In this document: one piece after another, positions 28,025-37,916 of the stretch | Numbering within the stretch: position 1 is the stretch's first letter | How the letters are laid out: every line of letters begins with the position of its first letter | Assembly: GCA_022563195.1 (NCBI GenBank) | Contig: JADFNV010000006.1 | Location: 12,045 to 76,044, forward strand | Length of the DNA: 64,000 nt | Direction of reading: 5' to 3' | Source of the DNA: Pseudomonadota bacterium | Lineage (GTDB): Bacteria; Pseudomonadota; Gammaproteobacteria; Steroidobacterales; Woeseiaceae | Made by a program: the position numbers and the translations under genes | The notes under the pieces: model-generated | What the model saw: only the letters and a program-made list of their open reading frames with translations | Database searches by the model: none | Told to the model about the DNA's origin: nothing

Positions 28025-30157
28025 TCAGAGCTTAAAAAGATCTCGTAAAGAATCTTTCAATTTCTCCTCGATGTCTTTTTCCTCTTGCGGTTCGTCGGCA
28101 TCGTCCCCGGTGGTTTCCTTGTCGCGGCCACCAAGCAATTTGTCCAACAGTTGATTCTTGATTTCCTCCTTGATGCGCTTCTTGAACATTGCCTCGATGT
28201 CCGGCTTAATCGACGGCGCAGTCAATGGGCCTGTTATGCGCAAGGGTATTACGGCTTCGGTAAACTCCTCGAGTTCTTCGGTGGTCGCGTCCTGCGCGAA
28301 CTCCGGTTTCTCAAGCACGCGTGCGTTCATTCGATAGTCGATTGTCGCAGCGGCAAAGTCGACAGTGCCATTACCGGTCAACCGCATGAACGGCAGCTCG
28401 GCCAGCAAATCATTGTTTTTGAACACGCCTTCGCTCACCGGGCCCGATGCCCTTACCGTACTAAACCGGGTTCGGGCCGGCAACACGGGGACAGGTGCCG
28501 GTTGTCCCTTGAACGCCGCACGCGCACGGCGCAGTTCATGCCAGACGTCAATCCCCTCAAAAGCACCGTCCAGAAGCTCGAACGACATGCTGCCGGCGAG
28601 ACTGCGTTGAATCGCAGCCAGGTCGTCGCCGCGCCCGTTTAGTTTGAAGGTGCCGTTGATCGTGCCCGTCACATTTTCCTGCTCAAACATGGCGATCGCC
28701 AGGGAACCGAGTTTGACCCCGCTGATTTGCTCATTGACCGATACGACCGGCATCTTGCCAGAAACATCGATTCGCACATCGCCATTGTAGGTGCCCTCGA
28801 AGAACGTCGCGGTTATGGGATAGATGCGCAGCTTGCCGTCGGCAATATTCAAACCAAGATCCACATTCTCGAATTTCATCGCTCCGAGGAACGCTTCGCT
28901 GACCGTCAAGCTGCCGCGCGCATTGATTGGTCGAATCAGTTCGGATGGGATTTCCACCGGTATCTCATCGGCACCGGCAGCCACTGTCGTCCCACTCGCA
29001 GGTGCCATGTAGCGGTTCAAGTTGATGGTGTCAGCCGCCAAATCAAACCGGTACGCACCGGTTGCTTCGCGGGGCACGGACAGCTCGCCGGTGAAGGTCG
29101 ACTCATCGAGAATCAGTTCAACATTGGTCAGCGCGATTGCGCTGGCCGATACGCGCACTTTCGCATCGATGATGACTTTGCCAAGCGCATTCGGGTCTGC
29201 CGTTTCGGGCACCTCAATATTGAGGCGCTGCATCAGGCTGCGAGGCGAAAACGCATCGACCTGGATCATCGCAACGGGGGCCGGACTGTTCGCGTATGAA
29301 AAAGGCTCGACGATTGCCGTGATGCCAACACCGAGCACGGACATTCGGACCGCATCGAGCGTTATGGTCTCATCTTCAATGTTGACCATGAGACTCGACG
29401 TCAAAAACTGCAGCGTCGTCGGCACCTCGGCGACGCCTTCAATCAGTCCATCGACAGACAACTCGTCAAAACCAACCGTACCGGTATCGGTATCGAACGT
29501 TATTTCGGTTTCAATCTCAAGAGCGCCGAAAATGTCGTCCGGCTCCAGTTCGAAGTCGAAAGATGCAACCAGCGGCACCGGTTCGCCGGGTGATACGCGG
29601 CCCGATGTCATATTGACACTCGTCAGTCGGTACGTTTCACCAGAGGGTGCATCATGGTAACTGATCGACGCATTGCGAATCACAATGCTGTCGATATCGA
29701 GAGAGGCAGACATGCCATCAGTATCTGCATCGGATGGCGCTGCCTCGTTCGCATCGATGAGGTCCTGCCAGTTGCTACGACCATTGCGGGCCACGGTCAG
29801 GTTGAGATGCAAGGTCTCGAGCTCCGCGGTGCCTATGGAAACTTCGCGGCTAAGTAACAACGGCATCAAGCGAATGCTCAGCCGCGCATTCGTAAAGCTC
29901 GCGAACGGCTCATCACCAAATCCTGCCGCGTTGCCGAGACTTGTCCGGCCCAGCTCTATGGCCAGCCATGGAAACAAGCTGACTTTGAGATCGCCTTCGA
30001 TCAGCAACTCACGTCCCGTCGTCCGTTTCACTTCAGTCGCGATATTGTCGCGAAAGTCGTTGGGATCGAACAGCAGCAAGAAGCTGATTGAGACGATAAT
30101 GAGCAGCGCCGCAATCCCGGCAACAAAATAGAGAAGGATTTTCAATAGTCGGCCCAT
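28025..30157 (-). CDS. asmA: AsmA family protein
   Basis: N-terminal TM, FDPNDFR...TGRELLIEGDL..SLFPWL, NGRSNWQDL, C-terminal IPLRITG; upstream of mutY. Confidence 0.88.
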   Translation of the reverse strand: MGRLLKILLYFVAGIAALLIIVSISFLLLFDPNDFRDNIATEVKRTTGRELLIEGDLKVSLFPWLAIELGRTSLGNAAGFGDEPFASFTNARLSIRLMPLLLSREVSIGTAELETLHLNLTVARNGRSNWQDLIDANEAAPSDADTDGMSASLDIDSIVIRNASISYHDAPSGETYRLTSVNMTSGRVSPGEPVPLVASFDFELEPDDIFGALEIETEITFDTDTGTVGFDELSVDGLIEGVAEVPTTLQFLTSSLMVNIEDETITLDAVRMSVLGVGITAIVEPFSYANSPAPVAMIQVDAFSPRSLMQRLNIEVPETADPNALGKVIIDAKVRVSASAIALTNVELILDESTFTGELSVPREATGAYRFDLAADTINLNRYMAPASGTTVAAGADEIPVEIPSELIRPINARGSLTVSEAFLGAMKFENVDLGLNIADGKLRIYPITATFFEGTYNGDVRIDVSGKMPVVSVNEQISGVKLGSLAIAMFEQENVTGTINGTFKLNGRGDDLAAIQRSLAGSMSFELLDGAFEGIDVWHELRRARAAFKGQPAPVPVLPARTRFSTVRASGPVSEGVFKNNDLLAELPFMRLTGNGTVDFAAATIDYRMNARVLEKPEFAQDATTEELEEFTEAVIPLRITGPLTAPSIKPDIEAMFKKRIKEEIKNQLLDKLLGGRDKETTGDDADEPQEEKDIEEKLKDSLRDLFKL

Positions 30158-30248
30158 TGATCGGCTTCCAGCTTGCGGGCCGTCAAGGGTAACAAATTGT
30201 GGGGTCAGATTACTTGAATCCATATGGCCGCGAAGCGGCTCATGAGGA

Positions 30249-31148
30249 TTAATTCTTGTTACAAATACGTACGCTGCCGTTCAGGGTTTCGATAACGACA
30301 CGACCGTCGCCATCCCCTTCGGTGAAGCTGAGTTCCAGCCCCGGTGAGTAACGGCTCGTCCGCTGAGGCTTCGGGCCGAAACAGACCTTTATGCTGCCAT
30401 TGAAAGTCTCGATGTCGAATCGGGCCGACACCTTACTAGTAAATTCGACATCAATGGTGCCATTGATCGATTCCATTGCCAGCTTTCCACCAGAACGCAA
30501 TGCTGATTCGAACCCGAGGTCGCCGTTAACCGTCTCGAGATAGGCGCGGTCGAAAGAACCATCGACAACAATCACATTACCGCTCACAGACTCCGCCTCA
30601 ACACTTCCTGCAAGCCCTGACAAAGTGACGTCGCCGGATACGGTCGCGGCCTCCGTCTCTGAATTTTTGCCTTTGCCAGATATATCAATATCACCGCTTA
30701 CCGATTCCGCTTCGACGTCGGCTTCAACGGCCGTCGTCTCGACATCACCGCTAACGGTAGACAGAGATTGTTCACCTCGCACTTTATCGACTTCGATGCC
30801 GGTGCTTACTCCAGAGACCTCGATCGAACTATCTTGCGGCAAGCGTATAAGCAGTTCGCTGCTGATATCAACATGCCTTCCGTGGCTGCTTGGAGCCTTG
30901 ACCTTAATCAGGATGTCGTCGCCGTCGCGCTCGAAGATAAGCTCTTCAACATCGTCGCCGAGTGTTCCGGTCACCTGAACGCTGTTTCGCGACCAGCCGA
31001 CGACCTTAATGGACCCTGCGGTGTTGCGGATATCTACATACCCATCCGCAGCTGCATCCATAATCTCATTGACGTCTTTTGCGAGTACCGCTGAACTCAG
31101 GAGCCCGCCGAGTGCTAGAGCCAAAATTCTTTTCTTCATCTTACTCAT
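30249..31148 (-). CDS. DUF4097-like beta-strand repeat protein (exported)
   Basis: Signal peptide; repeated (S/T)VSGD(V/I) and (T/S)xNGx motifs. Confidence 0.8.
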   Translation of the reverse strand: MSKMKKRILALALGGLLSSAVLAKDVNEIMDAAADGYVDIRNTAGSIKVVGWSRNSVQVTGTLGDDVEELIFERDGDDILIKVKAPSSHGRHVDISSELLIRLPQDSSIEVSGVSTGIEVDKVRGEQSLSTVSGDVETTAVEADVEAESVSGDIDISGKGKNSETEAATVSGDVTLSGLAGSVEAESVSGNVIVVDGSFDRAYLETVNGDLGFESALRSGGKLAMESINGTIDVEFTSKVSARFDIETFNGSIKVCFGPKPQRTSRYSPGLELSFTEGDGDGRVVIETLNGSVRICNKN

Positions 31149-31176
31149 CCTCTTTGCGCGGCAATGCAACCGCGTT

Positions 31177-31737
31177 CTAAATGTCCTGCCGTGACATGAG
31201 ACGCCGAGTCAAGCTACCAACCCTGTTCATTATCACCAGTTCATCTCGGTACGCTTTTGCAAGCAATCCCTGCAACAGCGCATTATCGGGTTCCTTCGCA
31301 AGTGCCGTGTTGATGTCTCCCATCGCCTGGCGAATCACTGCCAGGTTTCTTTCGACATCCGCTCTGACTTCGGGCGAGAGCTTTCCGAGTTCACGGTCCA
31401 ACTGCGCAACAACATTCCCGCGCGCTTGATGATATTCCTGACTTAGGTTGCCGTACGCCGTCTGTTCAAACAAAAGATCAGGGCTAATTGTGACCTGAAA
31501 GGACGGCTGATAGTCATTGCCAGGCCCATCATCCTTGACGGCCAGGTAAGTCACCATTGACGACGCGCCAACCAACAGCACAACAGCTGCGGCTTGCGCG
31601 AGTCTCGGCGTCCACCGGGAGCGCTGTGATCTGTTGATGGCACTAGCAATTTCAGGCCACAAGTCACGTTCCGGGCTGATCTCGGTCGACAGTTTGCTCG
31701 CCGCCGCAATCAATTGATCATCCGGTTTCTCGTTCAT
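31177..31737 (-). CDS. Putative membrane-anchored anti-sigma factor
   Basis: PERDLWPEI, one TM, C-terminal ALAKEPDNALL; ATGA-coupled to the ECF sigma gene. Confidence 0.65.
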   Translation of the reverse strand: MNEKPDDQLIAAASKLSTEISPERDLWPEIASAINRSQRSRWTPRLAQAAAVVLLVGASSMVTYLAVKDDGPGNDYQPSFQVTISPDLLFEQTAYGNLSQEYHQARGNVVAQLDRELGKLSPEVRADVERNLAVIRQAMGDINTALAKEPDNALLQGLLAKAYRDELVIMNRVGSLTRRLMSRQDI

Positions 31738-32336
31738 ACCTCGAATCCTTGCTCTTGCAGCTGTTGTGTTAGCAGTCGACGCGCTCTGTGCAATTGCGCC
31801 TTGCTGGTTCCTGCCGCTATGTCGAGCATTTTGCCTGTTTCCTCGTGGCTGTAGCCGTACACGGCATGCAGCACAAATACATGTCTCGCCCCTTGCGGTA
31901 ACCGGTTCACCGCATCTGCCAGGTCCTGTAACTCTCCGGTATCTGCTTCCGACACTCTCGATATAGCCATCTCAGAAACAACCTGGATGCGGTCCTGCTC
32001 CCGCTTGAACTTGCGCATCCGTCCCAGCACCGAGTTAACGGCGATGCGATGCAACCAGGTGCTAAACGCACTATCGCCGCGAAACAGGTCGAGCTTTTTC
32101 CACGCCTGGATAAACGCTTCTTGAGTACAGTCTTCTGCCTCACTGACGTTGCCCGTCATGTGCAGACAGAGGCCGTAAACCTTGTCGACATGCAGCCGAT
32201 ACAGGGCCTCGAATGCCTTCGCATCCGACCGTTGCGCACGAGCTATCCAGTCTGCCTCGTCCGTCAATCCAGGCTTGTTCAAGGAGTCCATCTGAGGACT
32301 ATAGTCGCTCAAAGGTACCGTCAAAAGCGCTTCCAA
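31734..32336 (-). CDS. ECF RNA polymerase sigma factor
   Basis: AEDCTQEAFIQAW, FRGDSAFSTWLHRIAVN, GYSHEE...GTSKAQLHRAR. Confidence 0.95.
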   Translation of the reverse strand: MEALLTVPLSDYSPQMDSLNKPGLTDEADWIARAQRSDAKAFEALYRLHVDKVYGLCLHMTGNVSEAEDCTQEAFIQAWKKLDLFRGDSAFSTWLHRIAVNSVLGRMRKFKREQDRIQVVSEMAISRVSEADTGELQDLADAVNRLPQGARHVFVLHAVYGYSHEETGKMLDIAAGTSKAQLHRARRLLTQQLQEQGFEV

Positions 32337-32506
32337 TGGCCATATCTCCGCTTCTTCTGTTACTTGGATGCCCCCCTGTCCGGAATGGTTTGAAAAGTCC
32401 CTCAGTACGGTGAAAACGGCGCTTAAGGGCTTGTGTTTCCGGTGATTCTGCTATTATGCCTCTGGCCCACCGGCCACCACAGCCAACGGCAGAACGAAAA
32501 TAATCT

Positions 32507-34615
32507 ATGGCAGGGCACTCCATCCTCTATCTTGGCCGCGGCGAATTTGCTGCCGAGTATCTTGGCGAACTCGAAACCCTGCCCTGCTGTGTACTGCTGA
32601 CGCGCTCGACGTCTTTAAAAGTGCCTGTCGACGCGCCGTCTATCATTGACCTGGTGCTGCTCGAAGCCGGCCCGGCAATCACCCGGTCCGGGCAATCAAT
32701 TGCTGAGCTTATTGGTTCGTTCGACAGACATCCCGTCATCGCGCTAACGACCAAGGCTCGCGAACATCGAGGTATCGCAGCCATCCGCGCCGGCGCGCAA
32801 GCGTACATTTGTATTGATGATATTTCTGTTGATGGACAGAACGCTGTCTTCGATCATGCCGTGCAACGTCACCAACTGCAGAAACGACTGTCGGACACTG
32901 ACGTAACCGTGTTATCCATTCTTAGAAACATCAATGACGGCGTAATCGTCGTTGACAGCCATGGTCATGTCCTCGACATCAACCCCGCAGCGCGCACGCT
33001 GCTCGGTCTCGGGCCACGAATGCAACCAGATTCAGGCTGGGAGCAGACGTTTTGCTGTATTGATGGCAATGGCGATAATTATCGAAATTCCGCAGATCTG
33101 CCACTTGTCAGGGCACGCAAGGGCGAAAAGTATGCCAGCCAGATCGCAATTTATCGCATGCCCGAACAACCAGACATAATATTGTCAATCAATGGCCAGG
33201 GGCTCTATGACGGCAAGCGCAAATTGATCGGCGGAGTTATCACGTTTCGTGATTTTACCGACATAAGCAAAAAGACCCGCGAACTGCAGAAACTCGCGCA
33301 ATATGACGAACTCACCGGCCTTCCCAACCGCAGCCTGTTTACCGAGCAACTCGCAAGGGCCATTGGCCGCAGTCAGCGCAAGTCGGCACCGCTCGCCGTG
33401 CTCTTCATCGATCTTGATCGCTTCAAGTCGATCAACGATACCCTTGGTCACGACGTCGGCGATTCCCTGCTGAGACAGGTCGCGGGACGCCTGCGCAATA
33501 ACCTGCGCATTGGAGATGCATCCGGACGCTGGGGTGGCGATGAGTTCGTCGTTTGCCTCGAGGATTTCGGCGAATCGGAAAATGCTGCTGCCGCTGCGCA
33601 GAAATTGGTGCTTGTTCTCTCCGAAAAATACGAAATCGGCGACAGTGAAGTCTACGCGACGCCAAGCATCGGTATCAGCGTGTATCCCGAATCGGGTGAC
33701 ACCGCTGAGTTCCTGATAAAGGCTGCCGACCTGGCCATGGTCGAGGCAAAGAAGCGTGGCGGCGGCAGGTTCCAGTATTACTCGGACGCTCTTAACAAGA
33801 AACTCGCGCAGCGCGAAGAACTCGAGATCGGCTTGCGTCATGCACTCGTTCGCAATGAATTCGTATTGCATTATCAACCGCGCATCGACCTTCCAACAGG
33901 CCGCCTGATAGGTTTCGAAGCATTACTGCGCTGGCAGCATCCTCGATTCGGCCTGCTTGCGCCGCCACGATTCCTTCCAATTCTCGAGAGCAGCGGCCTT
34001 ATTCATTCCGCAGGAGAATGGATTATCGCAACGGCGTGCCGACAACTTGCTGCCTGGCAGCGACAGTTCGAACTGCCCGACCTGTCAGTCACGATCAACC
34101 TGTCGCCACAGCAACTGATGCACGAGCGCCTCATCGATGCCGTTGCCGAGTCGCTGGCTAATACGGCGATCGATCCGGGCTGTATCGAGCTTGAGATCGG
34201 TGACGGCGATATCATCCGCAAACGCACCACCGAACTCAAAACCCTGCATGGATTGCGCAAACTCGGCGTTCGCATATCCTTGAGTAATTTCGGTACGCGC
34301 GACGTGTCATTCGAGTCGCTCGATACTGGATTTATCGACACCTTCGTGCTGGATCAATCGCTGATCGCCGATGTCGAGGAGAACAACAGTCATCAGCGCA
34401 TCATTCGTGCCGCCATCGCAATGGCGCAGGGACTCGATATCGAAGTGGCAGCCGAAGGCGTCGAAACGCTGACACAACTCGAGTTTCTGCGCAGCTGTAA
34501 CTGCGATCTCGTGCAGGGCTTCCTGATCAGCCGGCCAGTGCAGTCCGACAAAGTTGCTGCGATTCTTCGCTCCGAAATCGCCGGCACCAAGTTGCTGGCC
34601 CGCGGCATGCCTTGA
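32507..34615 (+). CDS. REC-like/PAS/GGDEF/EAL signalling protein
   Basis: DGVIVVD PAS, YDELTGLPNR, DLDRFKSINDTLGH, WGGDEF, FEALLRW, AEGVET, VQGFL. Confidence 0.93.
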   Translation: MAGHSILYLGRGEFAAEYLGELETLPCCVLLTRSTSLKVPVDAPSIIDLVLLEAGPAITRSGQSIAELIGSFDRHPVIALTTKAREHRGIAAIRAGAQAYICIDDISVDGQNAVFDHAVQRHQLQKRLSDTDVTVLSILRNINDGVIVVDSHGHVLDINPAARTLLGLGPRMQPDSGWEQTFCCIDGNGDNYRNSADLPLVRARKGEKYASQIAIYRMPEQPDIILSINGQGLYDGKRKLIGGVITFRDFTDISKKTRELQKLAQYDELTGLPNRSLFTEQLARAIGRSQRKSAPLAVLFIDLDRFKSINDTLGHDVGDSLLRQVAGRLRNNLRIGDASGRWGGDEFVVCLEDFGESENAAAAAQKLVLVLSEKYEIGDSEVYATPSIGISVYPESGDTAEFLIKAADLAMVEAKKRGGGRFQYYSDALNKKLAQREELEIGLRHALVRNEFVLHYQPRIDLPTGRLIGFEALLRWQHPRFGLLAPPRFLPILESSGLIHSAGEWIIATACRQLAAWQRQFELPDLSVTINLSPQQLMHERLIDAVAESLANTAIDPGCIELEIGDGDIIRKRTTELKTLHGLRKLGVRISLSNFGTRDVSFESLDTGFIDTFVLDQSLIADVEENNSHQRIIRAAIAMAQGLDIEVAAEGVETLTQLEFLRSCNCDLVQGFLISRPVQSDKVAAILRSEIAGTKLLARGMP

Positions 34616-34646
34616 GTTTCTGCCTGTAAAAGCGCGCCATGACTAT

Positions 34647-34975
34647 CACACGGGCACGCCCCCGGGTATTTGCTCGCGCTTAACCTCACTCGGCATCCTG
34701 CCTCGCTCGCATCGGCCTGCGCTTGCTTGGGCGTCCTGCGTCGCAGCGCTCCGGACGACGCGCGAGCAAACACACCGATTACGCGCCCCTGCCGAGTTTT
34801 GCGAGGAACATCCGGCCCGACGAAGATCGGAGGGCGAACACGATACGGTGGCTCGTCGAGCGTCGTCGAAGCCGAGCAGAGCAGGGACAGCGAGAGCGAG
34901 GATTCGCGGATTGGAGCGAGACAGGGATGTCGATGCGACATTAAGCTCGAGGAGCTACCGTGTCGGGGCCGCCGT
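34647..34975 (+). repeat. Dispersed structured repeat element, copy A
   Basis: Aligns along its length with 42014-42351 (reverse) and 57054-57383; between convergent genes. Confidence 0.95.
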
Positions 34976-35010
34976 GTAAACACCTTGGAATTCGACCGTG
35001 TCGCGGGCTC

Positions 35011-35316
35011 TTACAGGTTTTCTCCGCAGTTCCAGCAGGCGGCGAACTGGCCTTCGTTGTCCTCGCCACAGCGTCGGCATTTCCAGGAGGGTTCCTGACT
35101 CTCGTCTGAATTTGCTTCGTCTATCAACTGCTTCGCGCGATCGGCATCGAGGTCATGCTTCACCCAGAGTTCGGGCCAGACTTCGACGAAGGGCATTTCT
35201 CCAACAATACCGCCGAGATGCTCGTTGCGAATTTCGCAGGTGATGTCCTCGCTCTCAAGAATATTCTTGTAGTGATTGATCGTGATCAGCGATTCGGAAG
35301 AGGCGACTTTTTTCAC
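35011..35316 (-). CDS. DUF2007-like (PII-like) protein with C-terminal zinc ribbon
   Basis: ILESEDI.CEIRNE...GEMPF...WPELWV; WKCRRCGEDNEGQFAACWNCG; coupled to trpA. Confidence 0.8.
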   Translation of the reverse strand: MKKVASSESLITINHYKNILESEDITCEIRNEHLGGIVGEMPFVEVWPELWVKHDLDADRAKQLIDEANSDESQEPSWKCRRCGEDNEGQFAACWNCGENL

Positions 35317-36086
35317 TTTTCTCGTAACGCTGCCAGGAATGCGGCCGGATCGCCATCTTGCTCCAGGACCTCGACGAGAGCGGAACCAACAATAGCGCCG
35401 TTCGCATGCTTGCCAACATTGCTGACGTCACCCGCTTCACGAATGCCGAAGCCCGCACACACCGGCAATTCCGATGCCGCCGTCACCTTGTCGAGATAAT
35501 TCGCGAGATCGTCGGGCAGGCCTGTGTCGCCACCGGTTATCCCCGTAATCGTCACGGCATACACAAAACCACGCGAGGCCGCACAAAGTTTCTCGAGTCG
35601 CCCGTCTGGCGTTGCCGGCGTCACCAGCTGGATCAGGCCGAGGCCTTGCTTGTCCAGTGCGGCTCGCAACTCATCGCTTTCCTCAAACGGCAGGTCAGGA
35701 ACGATGAACCCACACACGCCCGTCGCGAGCGCGCGTTCCGCTAAATGCTCATAACCGAATGCGAGCAGGGGGTTTAGATAGGACATCATCACGAGCGGTG
35801 CATCGATCGTGCCGCCAGCATTATCGAGTTCGTCGAAAATCCATTTCAAGGTGACGCCTTTTTGCAATGCAACGAAACTTGAGCGTTGAATTGTCATGCC
35901 GTCGGCCATAGGGTCCGAAAACGGAATGCCGACTTCCGCTACGTCGCCGACTTCGGCAATTGCTGTCAGCGTGTTAATGAAAGATCCGGGCTCAGGGTAT
36001 CCGGCCGTAATAAACGGCACGAGCGCGGTCCGGCCACCGTCGTTGGCAGCCCTGATCGCCACGCTTATTCGTTCATGCGCTAGCAT
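35313..36086 (-). CDS. trpA: Tryptophan synthase alpha
   Basis: PFITAGYP, EVGIPFSDPMADGMTIQ, GFIVPDLP, GFGI, GAIVGSA. Confidence 0.97.
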   Translation of the reverse strand: MLAHERISVAIRAANDGGRTALVPFITAGYPEPGSFINTLTAIAEVGDVAEVGIPFSDPMADGMTIQRSSFVALQKGVTLKWIFDELDNAGGTIDAPLVMMSYLNPLLAFGYEHLAERALATGVCGFIVPDLPFEESDELRAALDKQGLGLIQLVTPATPDGRLEKLCAASRGFVYAVTITGITGGDTGLPDDLANYLDKVTAASELPVCAGFGIREAGDVSNVGKHANGAIVGSALVEVLEQDGDPAAFLAALREK

Positions 36087-37326
36087 CGGTACGGATCCTC
36101 GGCGGGTACTGTGTCAGTGTTGGCATATCCTTGTCGCCGCGTCCCGAATTACCGATTAAAATGCGCTTGCCTGGATTATCCTTCGACCATTCGCGCGCCG
36201 CGGCATAAGCATGCGCCGTCTCGAGTGCGGTCAATATACCCTCCGCTTCACAGAGCTCCGCAAGCGCCGCAAGCGCCTCGTCATCGGTCGCTGATATATA
36301 AGTCACCCGGCCCGTTGCCTGCAGCAGCGCATGTTCGGGTCCAACGCCCGAGTAGTCGAGGCCGGCCGAGATGGAATGCGTTTCCTGTACCTGGCCGTCA
36401 TCGTCTTGCAAAATGATTGTGTATGACCCTTGCAACACGCCGGGTGTGCCCGTCGCAAGCGTTGCCGCATTTTGACCCAGCCCATCTCCGGTACCTCCAG
36501 CCTCTACACCGATCAACTCGATGTCGTCACCGAGCAATGGATAGAAGAGACCGATCGAATTTGAGCCGCCGCCGACGCAGGCGAACGCGACATCGGGCAA
36601 CCCGCCCGCCTGGTCAATCATCTGTTGTCGGGCTTCTTTGCCGATTACCGACTGCAGTTCGCGGACGAGATACGGATACGGATGCGCGCCGACAGCGGAG
36701 CCGAGCAGGTAGTAAATGCCGGAAGGATCGGTTACCCACTTTCGCATCGCCTCATCAATGGCCGCGCGTAGCGTCTTGTCGCCGGTTTCCACGGCAACGA
36801 CCTCCGCACCGAGGCGTTCCATGCGATCCACGTTCGGCGCTTGTCGTTGCATATCCACGGTACCCATATACACGCAGCATGGCAGTCCGACACGAGCACA
36901 AGCCGCGGCCGACGCAACGCCATGCTGCCCTGCACCTGTCTCTGCGATAACGCGTTGCGCGCCAAGGCGCTTGGCGAGCAAGGCCTGGCCGATCGCATTA
37001 TTGATCTTGTGTGCACCCGTATGTGCCAGGTCTTCGCGTTTGAGCCAGACCTCGGTTCCCCATCGTTCGCTCAATCGCGGCGCATGCGTCAACGCAGTTG
37101 GTCGGCCAACCCATTCACGCAGTTCTCTTTGCAAGTCCTGTTGAAACCCGGCGTCATGCAAGTGTTCGCGGACGCCAGCCTCGAGGCGTTCAAATGCCGG
37201 CACGAGTGTCTCCGGCACATAGCGCCCACCGAATGGTCCGAAGCGACCGCGCTCGTCCGGCAGTTCTCCGCGTATGGATGCGTCGAGAAGCGCCTGCGCC
37301 TCGTCCGCCTGCAACAGGGGCTTCAT
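36073..37326 (-). CDS. trpB: Tryptophan synthase beta
   Basis: KREDLAHTGAHKINN, AETGAGQHG, CVGGGSN, SISAGLDY.GVGPEH, SGRGDKD. Confidence 0.98.
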   Translation of the reverse strand: MKPLLQADEAQALLDASIRGELPDERGRFGPFGGRYVPETLVPAFERLEAGVREHLHDAGFQQDLQRELREWVGRPTALTHAPRLSERWGTEVWLKREDLAHTGAHKINNAIGQALLAKRLGAQRVIAETGAGQHGVASAAACARVGLPCCVYMGTVDMQRQAPNVDRMERLGAEVVAVETGDKTLRAAIDEAMRKWVTDPSGIYYLLGSAVGAHPYPYLVRELQSVIGKEARQQMIDQAGGLPDVAFACVGGGSNSIGLFYPLLGDDIELIGVEAGGTGDGLGQNAATLATGTPGVLQGSYTIILQDDDGQVQETHSISAGLDYSGVGPEHALLQATGRVTYISATDDEALAALAELCEAEGILTALETAHAYAAAREWSKDNPGKRILIGNSGRGDKDMPTLTQYPPRIRTDASA

Positions 37327-37916
37327 AATTCTTTCTCCGCAGCGCGAACTGCTCTAACAAACCGTTGTATTAACTCATGATCTTTACGGCCATGACTCGA
37401 CTCGACGCCGCTCGACACATCTACGCCCCAGGGTCGGGTTGTTCGAATGGCTGTCACAACGTTTTCGGGGCCCAGCCCACCGGCGAGTATCATGCGTCCG
37501 CGCCGCGCAAACCTCGCGGCACTGGCCCAATCCACTGTTTCGCCACGGCCACTGTTGCTGCCTTCATAGAGGAACACGTCCGGTAAATCCATTGCAGCAG
37601 CGCCCTCGCGAATCACGGGCCAGCGTTCAATATTGTCGGGAATATCCAGGCCTGCAAAGTCATCGGCGTCCGCTTGCACTACGTCCGGTTCAAACTCTTC
37701 AAGGACCGCCCGACATTGTTCTTTCGATGGATGACGCATCACGGCCACGCGTTGCACATCGTCCGGCAGATCCAGTGCGGCTGATCTCGCCTGCTGTGGC
37801 GTAACCCTGCGCACGGAATCCGCAAATACGAAGCCCACAGCATTAGCGCCGGCCTTTACAGCTGCTGCCACGTCAGCTGCATCGCACAAGCCGCAAATTT
37901 TTACGAACACGGTCAC
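37323..37916 (-). CDS. trpF: Phosphoribosylanthranilate isomerase
   Basis: VKICG, GFVFADSVRRV, ILAGGLGPENV, GVDVSSGVE. Confidence 0.95.
   Translation of the reverse strand: MTVFVKICGLCDAADVAAAVKAGANAVGFVFADSVRRVTPQQARSAALDLPDDVQRVAVMRHPSKEQCRAVLEEFEPDVVQADADDFAGLDIPDNIERWPVIREGAAAMDLPDVFLYEGSNSGRGETVDWASAARFARRGRMILAGGLGPENVVTAIRTTRPWGVDVSSGVESSHGRKDHELIQRFVRAVRAAEKEL

Noticed and set aside
32360..32400. Possible ECF autoregulatory promoter (AAACC...GCATCC on the minus strand)
   Set aside because: Plausible spacing but too short and degenerate to support without comparative data.
34393..35098. ORFs of 70-196 aa over repeat copy A (and similar ORFs at 41894-42455 and 57008-57451)
   Set aside because: They are translations of the GC-rich repeat; frames, starts and stops differ between copies and indels are not frame-preserving.
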